The notes beneath the pieces are model-generated. The model made no database searches, was not told the DNA's origin, and was given only the letters and a program-made list of their open reading frames with translations. From Marsupella aquatica (Eukaryota; Plantae; Marchantiophyta): a stretch of DNA of 64,000 bases. A program made the position numbers and the translations under genes. The DNA is taken from contig OZ316894.1 of the NCBI GenBank assembly GCA_973895155.1, forward strand, positions 23,620,709 through 23,684,708, written 5' to 3'. Position 1 is the first letter of the stretch. Each line of letters begins with the position of its first letter. This document shows positions 49,501 to 59,757 of the stretch, piece after piece.

Positions 49501-52500
49501 GTTCTTATCCTGCGCACCACTTCCAATTGCCTTCACCAACAGGGATATGTCACTTTGGTTATCCAATGCGCCAGCATTCTTCAAAAGCCATTCCAAAACG
49601 TCTTTGCGACCATCAGCACACAGCTTCAGCTCTAATAAAGCAGGTGCCACATAAGGAATCAATCGTCCCAGCGGAACAACGACCTGCCAGGCATCTAGGG
49701 TTTTGATAGCGGCCTCTCTCATCAATTTCTTATTATCACCAAGACATTTGAGAACTTCCAGATTTATGAGCTTCAGACTTTTCTCAAAGGCTGGCCCTAA
49801 TGCTTTCGACAGATTCCCGAGAGTCGCCAAAGTCAAGATGACCAAGTTCTTGTTTGAATCACTCAGTCGAGCCTTCAGAGCTCCGAGCAATTCCAATATG
49901 CCAGTCGGCTGGATGCGCATATTTGCCTCCTGGAGAATTGTGCCCACTACCTCGAGCGACTCTTGACGCATTTTCCAATCCGCATTGGTGAAGTTTTTCA
50001 TCAACGTCCCGGTCAGCTTGCCACTGATGTCCTCCCGGGGCAAAGAGTCAGCCCCACCTCCTGCAGGAACGGCAGGGCTCGCCCGAGTCTTCCTCTTGGG
50101 CAACACACTCTCGCCAGTGAAGGGATTCTTCTCACATTCTGCGTTCACCAGAGTCTGAACAGCTGGCTTGACATCAGCAAAGTACAGCTTAATATCTGGG
50201 CCGCAAGACTTGTGAAGTGCCCCAATTACTTTAACGGCCGCATTTCTCGTCGGTGCAGCACTGGACTGGAGGGCCACATCCTTGCAAAATTCAATCACAT
50301 CCTTTACAGGAATATGACTGGGACCGAAATCTTCCAGAGCTGTGACCATCCACTGAAGCCCTTCACTGACAACCTTGGGGTTTTTAGCCTCCTTCCATGC
50401 CTCCAACAGCCTGCGCACTACAAATTCAGGCTCGACCGATTCACAGAAGGCTGTGAGGCATCTCGTAGCCTGAACTCGCGCTTTGATATCAGAAACCCTC
50501 TCCACAACGCCTGCGAGGCAAAGAACTACGCATCGCTTCGAGAAGGATGGGGATTTCTCCGACATATTGGCGATGATTTCCATCATCTTCTGCTGGACCT
50601 GGACATTCTTCTCCGCCCAGCCAGGCAACACGGAGAGGAACCGTACGAGAAGCAGTACCAACGAGTCGAGGTTACCAAGAGTTTCCACCTTCGTCTGCAG
50701 CGTGAGGATTCCCTCCAGCCTTTCCTTCCATACGGTGCTCCTTAAATTGGTGACAATTTCCGCTTCAAAATGGCCTATGAATTGGCTTTCGAGTTCTTCG
50801 ATAGACACATTCCCGGGCTCAGAATCTTCATGGCTTTCAGCCGCCCCGTTCAATTTGGCTGCTTGCTTCCCGACGGCTCCATCACCCTTCTTTGTTCCTG
50901 AACTTGGCTTCCCATTTGCAATCTTTTTGGAGGCCGCTTGAGAAGGAACTCTACCAGACAGAAGGCTAGCAGCGGATCTTGGAGCAGCTGCAGCAGAGCT
51001 GTTAGCAATCGAGTCATCATTACGCCCATTTGAAGTGAGAGAAGCAGCCCTGGAAGCAGGAGGAGCGCCACCAACGCCTGCTGCTCCCTCGGAACCATTC
51101 ACACCTATTAAATCCGTTAGCCTCTTTCTCTTGATGTCATCCAACTTCTCCAGGGATTTCTCCAGTGGTCTCATTCCAACGACTTTCGCAATTGCAGCCA
51201 CGGCACCAAATGCTGCGTCTCTGACCTCCGGAGTGCCATCGTTGAGGCTCTCCATCAAAATCGGAACATATTCCTTATACTGCTTTGTAATCATGGCTTT
51301 ATTGCTGTTATCAGTACACTGCCCCACCCAAATCAAGCATTGAGATCTCACAGAAGGAACCTTGCTCTTTGATGCCACTCTCACCTCCTCGACGATGTCT
51401 CCTAATGTGAAACATCCACTCCCATGCATTGTCACCAGAGTGTGCATCACTGCATCAGCCATCACCGGCTTCCTCTCCTTGAATCTCTCGAGTAGCAGAG
51501 GGAGCAAACCCCTTGAGCCACTACTGTAATCCTTCCGTAGCCCCCTGGCTAAATTTCCGGCCGCTTGCACCGCCTCCACGGCCACGGCCAGGTTAACATC
51601 CGTGATCAGCTTCTTCAGCAAGCGAGAGACCTCAACGTAATCTCCGGGAGCGAGGCGTTTGGCTGATGCCAGACGAGTTAGCTCGGCCACTGCGTCACGC
51701 CGTTCAGACCATTTGGACGCCTTCACTCCCTCCCAAAAGATGGACTTGCCCAGGGGCCCGAGTATGTCCACGGGGTCCATCAGCTCATACTCATCAATCT
51801 GCTCCACTACTACATCACAAGCAGATTCACCGACTGGCCGAGATGGAACGTCCGCCACAATCTCCAGCTCAAACTCTTTGGCCTGCTCTGCTCTGATCTT
51901 TCTCGTGGGCCTCGAAACTCCTGCCACATTGTCCACCTCAGCCTCGACCTCTTTCCTCATGGCGTCTCGCATTTTCTCGAAGAGGATGGACTTGACCGTG
52001 TCCTTCCCAATCCACCGGCAAAGCTCAATTGTCAGCCCCTTGGCAGCTGCCCTAACATTCTGGTCCTGATGCTCAAAGAGCTCAGGCAGCATTTTCAAAA
52101 TCTTCTTCGGAGGCACTACCTTGGTCCCGAATTGGCTCACAGCCTGATACATAACGTCGACGGCGAGGACCACGGCCTTGGAGACCTTATTTTTGACAGC
52201 TTTTTCCATTGCATCGAGGAACGTTTCCGTTGCCTCGAGCTCGATCCAGAGGAGTAGCACCGCCTGCGCCTTCTCGATGGTCTTCGGCCGGCCCGTGAGG
52301 CACTTGAGGACGACGACATCGCAAATCTCTTTCGAAAATCTCGCCGAATCGGCATCCACGATCTTGAGGTACGAAATCAGGGCGTCCAGCGCCCTCTCTT
52401 GAGCAGACGCATTCGAGTCAGCAACCGATTTCCTAAAGAGCACTCCGAACTCCTTCAGCCTCTGGTCCTTAGGGTCGCTAATCGAATCACAAAGCGCGGA

Positions 52501-52605
52501 AATGTCCGAATTCGCATCCACCCTCACCTTCCAGTTCTTGTGCGCGAGCCTCTCCTCCCACGGCAGCTTCTTCGCCTCCTTCAGTAACTTCTCATCTTCC
52601 GCCAT
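46555..52605 (-). CDS. MOR1: MOR1/GEM1 (XMAP215/ch-TOG family microtubule polymerase), 2016 aa, one uninterrupted ORF
   Basis: N-terminus EDEKLLKEAKKLPWEERLAHKNWKVR; TOG-domain first-HEAT motifs KWSERRDA, VWKERLEG, DWKMRQES and DFRKQVEG; conserved C-terminal region (DDKPLRMVKTVLHELVKLRG, ELAAIFKKIGDKQT, LSGLQARMERLK). Confidence 0.97.
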   Translation of the reverse strand: MAEDEKLLKEAKKLPWEERLAHKNWKVRVDANSDISALCDSISDPKDQRLKEFGVLFRKSVADSNASAQERALDALISYLKIVDADSARFSKEICDVVVLKCLTGRPKTIEKAQAVLLLWIELEATETFLDAMEKAVKNKVSKAVVLAVDVMYQAVSQFGTKVVPPKKILKMLPELFEHQDQNVRAAAKGLTIELCRWIGKDTVKSILFEKMRDAMRKEVEAEVDNVAGVSRPTRKIRAEQAKEFELEIVADVPSRPVGESACDVVVEQIDEYELMDPVDILGPLGKSIFWEGVKASKWSERRDAVAELTRLASAKRLAPGDYVEVSRLLKKLITDVNLAVAVEAVQAAGNLARGLRKDYSSGSRGLLPLLLERFKERKPVMADAVMHTLVTMHGSGCFTLGDIVEEVRVASKSKVPSVRSQCLIWVGQCTDNSNKAMITKQYKEYVPILMESLNDGTPEVRDAAFGAVAAIAKVVGMRPLEKSLEKLDDIKRKRLTDLIGVNGSEGAAGVGGAPPASRAASLTSNGRNDDSIANSSAAAAPRSAASLLSGRVPSQAASKKIANGKPSSGTKKGDGAVGKQAAKLNGAAESHEDSEPGNVSIEELESQFIGHFEAEIVTNLRSTVWKERLEGILTLQTKVETLGNLDSLVLLLVRFLSVLPGWAEKNVQVQQKMMEIIANMSEKSPSFSKRCVVLCLAGVVERVSDIKARVQATRCLTAFCESVEPEFVVRRLLEAWKEAKNPKVVSEGLQWMVTALEDFGPSHIPVKDVIEFCKDVALQSSAAPTRNAAVKVIGALHKSCGPDIKLYFADVKPAVQTLVNAECEKNPFTGESVLPKRKTRASPAVPAGGGADSLPREDISGKLTGTLMKNFTNADWKMRQESLEVVGTILQEANMRIQPTGILELLGALKARLSDSNKNLVILTLATLGNLSKALGPAFEKSLKLINLEVLKCLGDNKKLMREAAIKTLDAWQVVVPLGRLIPYVAPALLELKLCADGRKDVLEWLLKNAGALDNQSDISLLVKAIGSGAQDKNAEVRKAAELLFAELVKTCGQDVVGKAIKSFQGPSVVVLLSLMERYRISGDSTGGKESSSLENSKGGPAAAAAASKAPGNRNSGRGSAVRSSSTTRGSAVAKIPKADALAAALDASVQGQALLNLRDCHKEEREKPMVRRGKFEEPRDDQIQDVESDLVKFFREDVHRRLLSPDFRKQVEGVDILQRAIHDNLKGLIEVLDILLRWVVLRVCESNTICLLKVLDFLQELFTALRIDGYTMTDWEAVNIFPCLVEKAGHNIEKVREKMRELMRVLCCLYPCSKIFSYITEGLRSKNNRTRIECVEHIGFMIERYGIEVGGPGKCLNGVVALTTERDGELRKASLNTLATAYQILDEDVWKYLGKLTEIQRSLLDEKFKWKAREMNKKGLRRVPDENGADPAEHSGESPRSRNGAPSHNLAAQNYAPVQPSLSGSSLMQTGSPVDWRDAIIAIETATMTEKVVEGMKIICYELEQAVGDVDGGLLDEIAQSADLLVGSLTARVASTFKAGISGSSTRACKYVLNTLMQTFQVKRLACEIRVNTLHALITELLLWLLDDRVPLLDDGSQLLKALNVLMLKILENANRTSAFVVLIDLLHPSFGIPQLGSSRSPADGVLSSQRFSDLVVKCLIKLTKVLGSTITEVDLDRLLQSIHECFQQLGLEEIRKRAGADDKPLRMVKTVLHELVKLRGTAIKGHLSMVPIDSEPPPIILAYIDLNLQTLAASRVLAPTVTGSQGHWLDSGANGPDSSPSSSAETQLKQELAAIFKKIGDKQTSTIGLYELYRITQLYPQVDIFSQLQNASLAFRTYIRDGLAQMEKSAASGRTPVPSSFVSPPPLSTSPGQLQPKVSLSNSHADVILPTSLPSAGAEDVEGAGGPLPSSESDSSVHWRTPGPQRFTEAVSTPVSQSQGGTLNAIRERMRNIQAAAAGSTGSYSPYSVNSSDLVPRNFASNDLEHHQVESISDKALSGLQARMERLKMGVVE

Positions 52606-53163
52606 CGCTCCTCCTCAACCCTAACCCTTCCCTCGCTCCCTCCACCACCTCCTCCTCCTCCTCCTCCTCCCGCTTTCCTTCCACTTCCTCTTCCTCCCTC
52701 TCTGTGCTTCTCCTCGATCATCAGGACCACGATACTGTAAACGCAGCTGACGAGAAACGCACCGACAATGCCACCAATGACAACAATGCCAGTACCCTGC
52801 TTCTCCTCCTCCACCGAACCCCTCCTCCTCTTCTCTCCTCTCTCCTCTTTTCCATCGGAGGCAGAGAGGCAGAGAGGCAGGCAGAAAGCCAGACACAACT
52901 CCAGAAGCACAACAAAGACAACTACTACACGAGCATGAACACAACAGTAGTAGTACTCCTCTCCACAACAGGCATTGCAGCAGAGCACAGCAGCAGCCAC
53001 GGAGTCGCTCTGTCGTGTTATTTGTGGGGTTTCCCTTCTCCTCTCCTCTCCTCTCCTCTCCTCCGTTTCTACGACTTCGTCGTCATTTTCCCCTTCCCGC
53101 CCAGCACGAGAGGAACAGGAGTACGAGGAGGAGGAGGAGGGGGGAGTTTGCTTTTCATCGGAA

Positions 53164-53190
53164 GGCGGGGCGGGGCGGGGCGGGGCGGGG
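53164..53190. promoter_or_regulatory. (GGGGC)n GC-box / G-quadruplex-capable tract in the CpG-rich region upstream of MOR1
   Basis: ggcggggcggggcggggcggggcgggg lies ~560 bp upstream of the ATG. Between it and the ATG is a GA/GAG-repeat-rich stretch typical of plant 5' UTRs. Confidence 0.5.
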
Positions 53191-55569
53191 AGAAGCCAGA
53201 AGGGGCCGGGAAGTGGCCGCGGCGGGGCCGAGTTTCGGACCGTACGCGACGCTACCGTATACTTGCGGGCTGACGGGTGATCGCCGGTGGGCGCTAGTCG
53301 GCAGCCACCTACGCACCGCCTGCCGCCTGCGCCCGTCACGGCGCCACCTGGTAAACGACAACCGCCTTCGCGGGTCGTTCAGTTCAGACTTCCCGTTCGT
53401 TTGTCCCATCTGCATGACCGTCCCAGCCACTTCGGTTTTCCCGATTGAGGGGAAGGAGTCGACCTCGGATCCGTCCATGGCAAATATTTTTTGTCTTCTA
53501 AACTTTTTGACGTACCTTTTAGCCTATTCTCGTTAGCCAGGCGCCTTCTGTGGCTTTTGGAGGAATATTTACGCTTCTGGTAGTTTGGTACTAGATTAGA
53601 TTCAATTATAAAATATACGTGGGTTTTTTATGAATATTCCCAGTTCTGGTAGTCTTAGACTCAGCACTGCCTGAATCAGGAGATTCAAGCGCAAATTTCC
53701 GATTCACACAGCAGGGCGCTGAATCAGGAAATTTAACAATGAGAAGTTGGGAGACGTCGAGAGTGCAAATTCATTCACAGCGGTGTTGAATAGAGCATAA
53801 AGTGTTGGCCGGTATTTTGAGGCACTTTCCGGCCCTGGAGCTGACGCATTCCCGAGAGTGCCTCAAAATCCAGCAGTTCTGCAGAGAAATCCCCACTATC
53901 GAATCTTGGATCCTGTGAAAAAGTATTAACCAATCCCGATCGTCGAGATGCATCCAACTGCTAGGACTGCTCATCAGAAAAAACTAGCTGGGAAAATTGG
54001 CAATCTTTTACATCTCTGTGCATCAAATGTTTCAGCTGGTTTCGTAGGTATTTCTTGGACAAACGTCCCTTATAATGCCATGTTGGTTCGGGCATGTTAC
54101 ACTGTCGTATATTAGGGCATGTCAAAGCGTCAAACTGCAAAGTGATTAAGGTTATGAGCAGATTAAATTATAGACTACCAAACTCATAATCAATGATTTT
54201 TCGTCTCATATGCCATTACCATAAGTCACTCTTGGCCAAAAGCTATCATCCTCAGCTTTGAGACTCTTTAATTAGAGTCTGCTTAAAGTGATCCATTCAA
54301 AACTAAAAACCAAAAGAAAATTATGATGTATGCCTGCAAGCGATTAGATTTCCCTACATTTAAGAAGAATGGTTAGATCTGAAAACAAGCCCTCCTAGCT
54401 ACACAAGAATCTGCTAAATTTAGGGGGAAGTATCAGTTCTTTGCATTTTATCACCAAATCATTTTCAAGTGAGATTTAAGCAGATTTTTGCCTCAAAAAA
54501 AATAGCTGGTCCAGTTAACATGTGTGCATGGGTCCATGGTAATATGCGGGGTCAAGTGAACATCAGATTTGGCCTTCCGAGACTTCACTCCCCAACCACC
54601 TAATACAAAGGGAACATCAGATTCGCGCTGCAAGCCAAGTTGTGCTCATCAGGAAGTGCAATGGGTGGGATTGTTCTAACAATCATCAGATTTCATGTCC
54701 CTCTTTTCAACTGCTCTATTAGATTGTTATAGCAAAATTTGTTCCTGGTGGAAGCACTCCAACTTTATGTAAGAAGCTACTTCAATTTGAAGAGTGTAAG
54801 GGCTGCTGCACCAGGCAGATGGGAGTTCTGCTGTATCCAATTTCTATAATTCATAGTAACAATTTGCTTGTTGGGCTTTGTGGTCTTGTGACCTCGGATG
54901 CATCATTAAGTTGTTTGCCCAAACCACTCTTTGAAAGAAGAATCTTATTAATAAAGCTAGATACAAATCTACTCTTAAGGGCTATGGTGTAGAGTGAAGT
55001 CTTTAGACCTTAACTCAGTAAGGACAATGCTGACTACAAATAAGGACAAATATGAAAGTGAGGGTGGGCAACAACGTAGGGAAGGGCAAGATGAATGAGA
55101 ATTAGCATAGAATTTTGTTTTTTGTAAGCTTTACTGAACTGGTAACCAGGCTAGTTTCTTAGATTCTCTTCATTTAGGTACGCAGCTACTTCCAAAAAGT
55201 TCTAACAGAAAAAACTTCTGGGAATCTCTTGAGGGGAGAGAGAGAGACCCCACTTGAAGGGACTCACGTTTGAAACTCTCCACTCAGGGCAAGTGACCCC
55301 TTTCCCCCTTTGGGGATTTCAAATTTCAAAGAGGCAATCATCTTTTAGTATCAAAAGGTTCACACTGTCTCCATGCAACATAGCAACTTTGAGTTTATCA
55401 ATGAGAAGACGACATGTGGCATGGAGAGATAACTTCAATAATTGCCCAATCTATCTTGACAAAGAAAAAACAATACAACTAAATTTGTGTTTTAAAGTGT
55501 ACAAAGGTGTTAATAATCAACTTTTCATTTTTTGCACTTAATGTGTTTCAAATTTGCTAAAATGAATTA

Positions 55570-55980
55570 GAGCATTACTACAAAGGGCTCTACTCCCTGG
55601 TCAATAGCTACTTGGGACACTCGTTAAGAAAATCTAGTTGACACCACAAGGATATATCAAAGTTTGGGTAGTTCCATGATCACACATGTAGCTAGGACCG
55701 TCCACCATGCCTATATGCACTGTCAATAAATGCATTATGTCTTTAAGTAATTCATGACAAAGGGCAATCTTGAGGCCCATTAAGAGCCTCGGGTACACCT
55801 GCCGGTGCCTACTGCCCACCCCTTCACATATTTTTTTGAATGCTACCAGCATGAATGATCCCCACTTTAGGGTGGGGTGAATGTTAAAAAGCATTCTTTG
55901 CACACAACTGGTTTCGAACCCAGGATGTTACCATTGAGTCTTTTCACAATTCATGACAGCTTCCATTCGCACCAGGTATT
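55570..55980 (-). mobile_element. tRNA-derived SINE-like element (3' boundary uncertain)
   Basis: Minus-strand Pol III A-box-like TGGTGCGAATGG (55974-55963) and B box GGTTCGAAACC (55920-55910); no tRNA cloverleaf is evident. Confidence 0.45.
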
Positions 55981-58900
55981 TATCCTAAAATCAGATCTAG
56001 CACATGCGGATAGCGGGCAGCATTGATGGGGTAAATAATGTGGATTAGCATTAATTACCCTCAAGATTGGTTTTTGTCCTTAATTTTAAGTACAGGCCGG
56101 ACATGTAGTACCCTAATATTACAACAATATCTGTTGTAAATGTACCAGAAATGCAAATATTAAAAAGTGCATCTAGACATCACTAAGTGACAAATGCATA
56201 AGTGCAAATTATTTTGTAAGGTGTACAGCTACATTTATCAGTTATTGCAATGCATACCTAACAAGCATTTACTGATAAAAGTAGCAGACAAGTACATCAA
56301 ATAATCTTATGCACTTATCCAGTTGAATTGTAGAGTATAAGGGCTTGGGATATGAACAATCTCATGTGTGTGATTATACCTAAGGGTCTTCCTAGGAGTC
56401 TGCACTTAGACACAAGAGGCAAAATAGATCTATCTGTATAGTCCTTACTTTTGCATGTGTTTGTGCTTCTTTTCAAAAACTTTCATACTTCAATTTGGTT
56501 GCCAAAAGAATTCCATACAAATCTTTGTAAAATGTTGCACTATAGGAGTCATGCATGACCTTTGCAGATAGGTCTATTGGGGCGTGTCAAACTTCAGTCA
56601 TCAGAAAAGTCGTATTGCTTAAAACTTTTGGGACAGAAAATTCTTACGAGACGTGTATTTAGATAGCCCATAAGGAGTTATGTCATGCTATTTTGACACT
56701 CCCTAATATAATGTAAACTTTAGCAGATCTGATGTTGAGGTTTGGAGTACGTTTGGGATCACACATGTCCCTACTAAAAAAAAAATTAGTAGATCGGATA
56801 TATCATGAACCACTCTACTAAACAATACTGCCAAATATGGGGGATAGTCTTTAAAGAGGAAACGAGGAGGGAGCATATCCTTGCAGTTAATAAATTAATC
56901 ATTCTACATCATCACATCCACCAATACACCTATCCTGCCTGCCCGATCTGCCTTGAGCATGCCGCACTTGCCAGTCATGAAAAAAAGAATTAAAATTAGC
57001 ACATTGGAATAGAAAAAATTAAAATTCTATGAAAAAGAATATATATATAATACGATAAATGTATAGAGTATAGAAATATATAAAATAAACAGAAATCTAA
57101 TAAATAGTTATCCATCCTATTGCTATTGTGCTTGGATCCGTGACGCCACGGCTGCCATCACACATCTTGCTTCCTGGTGCCCTTGCCCTCCCAAAGAACA
57201 ACATGGACCAATATGATAACATTTTTGCAATAACAAGAAATACGACAGGACTTTTGCAACCACAAACATGATTGCACAGATGACACTATTGGATATGATA
57301 ACATTCTTGTCTCACTTGCAATGTCTAACCTCACCTTAACATTTTCATGCGTTGGGTATGGTGGGAGGTATATGCTTTACTGACCCCCCAAACAACTGTT
57401 TTTTGCTTGATCCGCCGGGGCTTGGTCAACCTTCAAAGTCCAGTTGTTACCCAATTAACCCCCTTTGATAGTTGTTGGTGAAATGTTCTTGTATAGGGCA
57501 TTATACTGTCGTATGACATATGAGAAAGTGAGCCCAATTCATGGCATAATTGTACCTGAACTTGTCAGTGGGTACAAGTGACTTGACCAAACCATCAAAT
57601 AATTGGTTTAAGGTCGGCCGCACCATGATGGCGACTACCAAAGATTTCAAAAATGATGTGAAGAAAATATGTGTACTATCTTCAGATGTTCATTGTTGAA
57701 TTGTCCACATAGAACGTGATCCAATTGTTCATTGTTTTACATTCTGTCATGACAAGTTGTGTCGGTCACGAGGTTTGGGGGAATCTATAGAAGTGGAGGT
57801 TATTGGGAGGCTCAATGTCTTTCTGTGAGAGTTTGCATCCAATCTGGATGGCATTGTAGTGGTGTAAGGTATATACACTTAGGGATATCAGATGTTTGAG
57901 ATTTTCATGTCATTGTGCATCGTTGGCATAGAGGGGATCTGTGTGAAGTGGACATTCTTTAATGTGACTGATTACCACCACAAAATAGAGAGTGCCCAAA
58001 AACAAGACGCAATTGCACATAGATTTAGGATGTGGCCAGCAGGGTGGGCCAGGATACTTGATGGGAAAGCCCATAAGAAGGTGTGTAAGAATTTAATGTT
58101 GTCATCAATTGTTGTTTATATGTTATTGTTTATTCTTGTGAATACACTTTATTGAGAATACATAATGTTACAAAGTGTCCTAGTTCAATTGCTGGTAGTG
58201 AAAGCAAAGGCAACTCATATTCAAAAGGGCAAACATTTCAAGGATTTTGGAGAATTTGACAAGTGTTTGGATTTTTGGTTATCATATGGTCCTGCAATAT
58301 AAAGATTAAAAACATTTCGAGAACATTTAATAATTTCTGAACACAAGTGTGTAGATCTAGCAAATTGGTGTCAAAGAAATCCAGCAAAGCATTTGTCTGT
58401 GGGGGAGATCCAAAAATAGATTTGTCCCTAGTACGTGGAATGCACTGATATAGATTCTCAACAAAGCAACGATGAACTTTATGGAGATAGCAGCCCAGTT
58501 TTACTACCTCTAAACTTCAGATGACTGAAGACAAACCCCTAAACAATTGAAGACCATACTAGTTTTGTCACCAAACACAAATTAAATTACCACAACTGCG
58601 TCCGGTGTCAATCTTATCACTCGCGGATTGCGGGCAGTGGACCTTATGCACATAGAAGGAGTGACCAATTGAGTACTCTGTTTGAGTGTCTATTAAGCAT
58701 ATACCTCGTGTTGCACCAAAAAGGGCATGGTCAATCCTCACCTACAATTCTGTCTCCCCTGGACATTTTCATTTCATGCAAGATCATTATTACACCAATC
58801 ACAACATGATAGCAGAGACAATTGTACACCGGATAAACATTGGGCTAGTTAACATGCTAATTGTTTGCTTCTCACATTACTTGTACACGCACCCCCTATA

Positions 58901-59223
58901 CAATAGTGCAGGACATGGACCACTTGTGTTGGAGTACATCTGTCCTATTTTTGGTAACTTTATTTGACTCTCAATCCAGTATCTAATCCCACTGGTGGTG
59001 TGGCTCTTCTAAATATTCACAACAACAAAATTTGTTTGAACAAGATTGGGAAGTTGAGAATTTGTACACAGTGCCCTTTTTTAAAAATTGTGTAATTGTT
59101 CATTGTTTTAGGTGTCAAGAGGGCCCTGATGTCCAAACCTAAGTCCAGCTTCCCAAACTCAACAGAGGGGCCCTGTTAAGTACAAGCTTGGACAAAAACC
59201 TTTTTGACACCTAATGCACTTAC

Positions 59224-59566
59224 TGTTGAGCATAGACGACACTCGTAATGATAAGCACATGACACATCCAACGCGCAAGTAGTCGACACAAGAGATACGT
59301 GGTTCACCTCCTTGAGGCTACGTCCACGGGAACACACAAGAGAGCTTTACTGAACTCTAAGCCCGTCGGCTATACCAAGTCTCCACAGTGTAAGCTCTCC
59401 TCATCTCTCAAGTGGCCCCATAACAATGAGCCTAAGTTCCACTTATCCAAGCAAACACCGCTTGGCATATAGTGTGCATCCTAGTTAACCTGACCACGTC
59501 TCCGACTACGGTTAGTCTAACTATGGTTATATGTCGTAACTCTAGACCTTGAGTAAATACCTAACA
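59224..59566 (-). repeat. 3' LTR (343 bp) of the copia element, preceded by a polypurine tract
   Basis: Minus strand: PPT TCAAGGGGGAGAT (59579-59567), then TGTTAGG...CTCAACA. Confidence 0.9.
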
Positions 59567-59757
59567 ATCTCCCCCTTGACTCTGGTCTAGGGGAGGGTAA
59601 TACTGCTAACCTATATGATTCCTCAGCGGGAAGTTCTGGACGGAAACCAACATGGTTTCCCCTCTCTAACTAGAGCAAACCAGAACTAAGCCTAGCTTAT
59701 TACTAGGAGTGAAGAAGAACATATATCAGTAATTACAATAAATGTTAAGAAAAACCC

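Noticed and set aside
47110-52587. Many plus-strand ORFs antisense to MOR1 (likewise those inside the PPR and monooxygenase genes)
   Set aside because: They are shadow ORFs of long coding sequences with no independent motifs.
52581-53536. ORFs of 100-250 aa upstream of MOR1
   Set aside because: They are low-complexity translations of GA/GC-rich leader and promoter sequence with no recognisable domain, and most start at non-ATG codons.
56578-56705. Small inverted-repeat elements (gggcgtgtcaaa/tttgacactccc; also ttaggtgtcaa/ttgacacctaa at 59108-59214)
   Set aside because: Plausible tiny MITEs, but the TIRs are short and the TSDs are not convincing.
57200-59000. Cys/His-containing coding-like relic (also 7900-9950), possibly a DNA transposase
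   Set aside because: No catalytic motif or termini could be established by eye.
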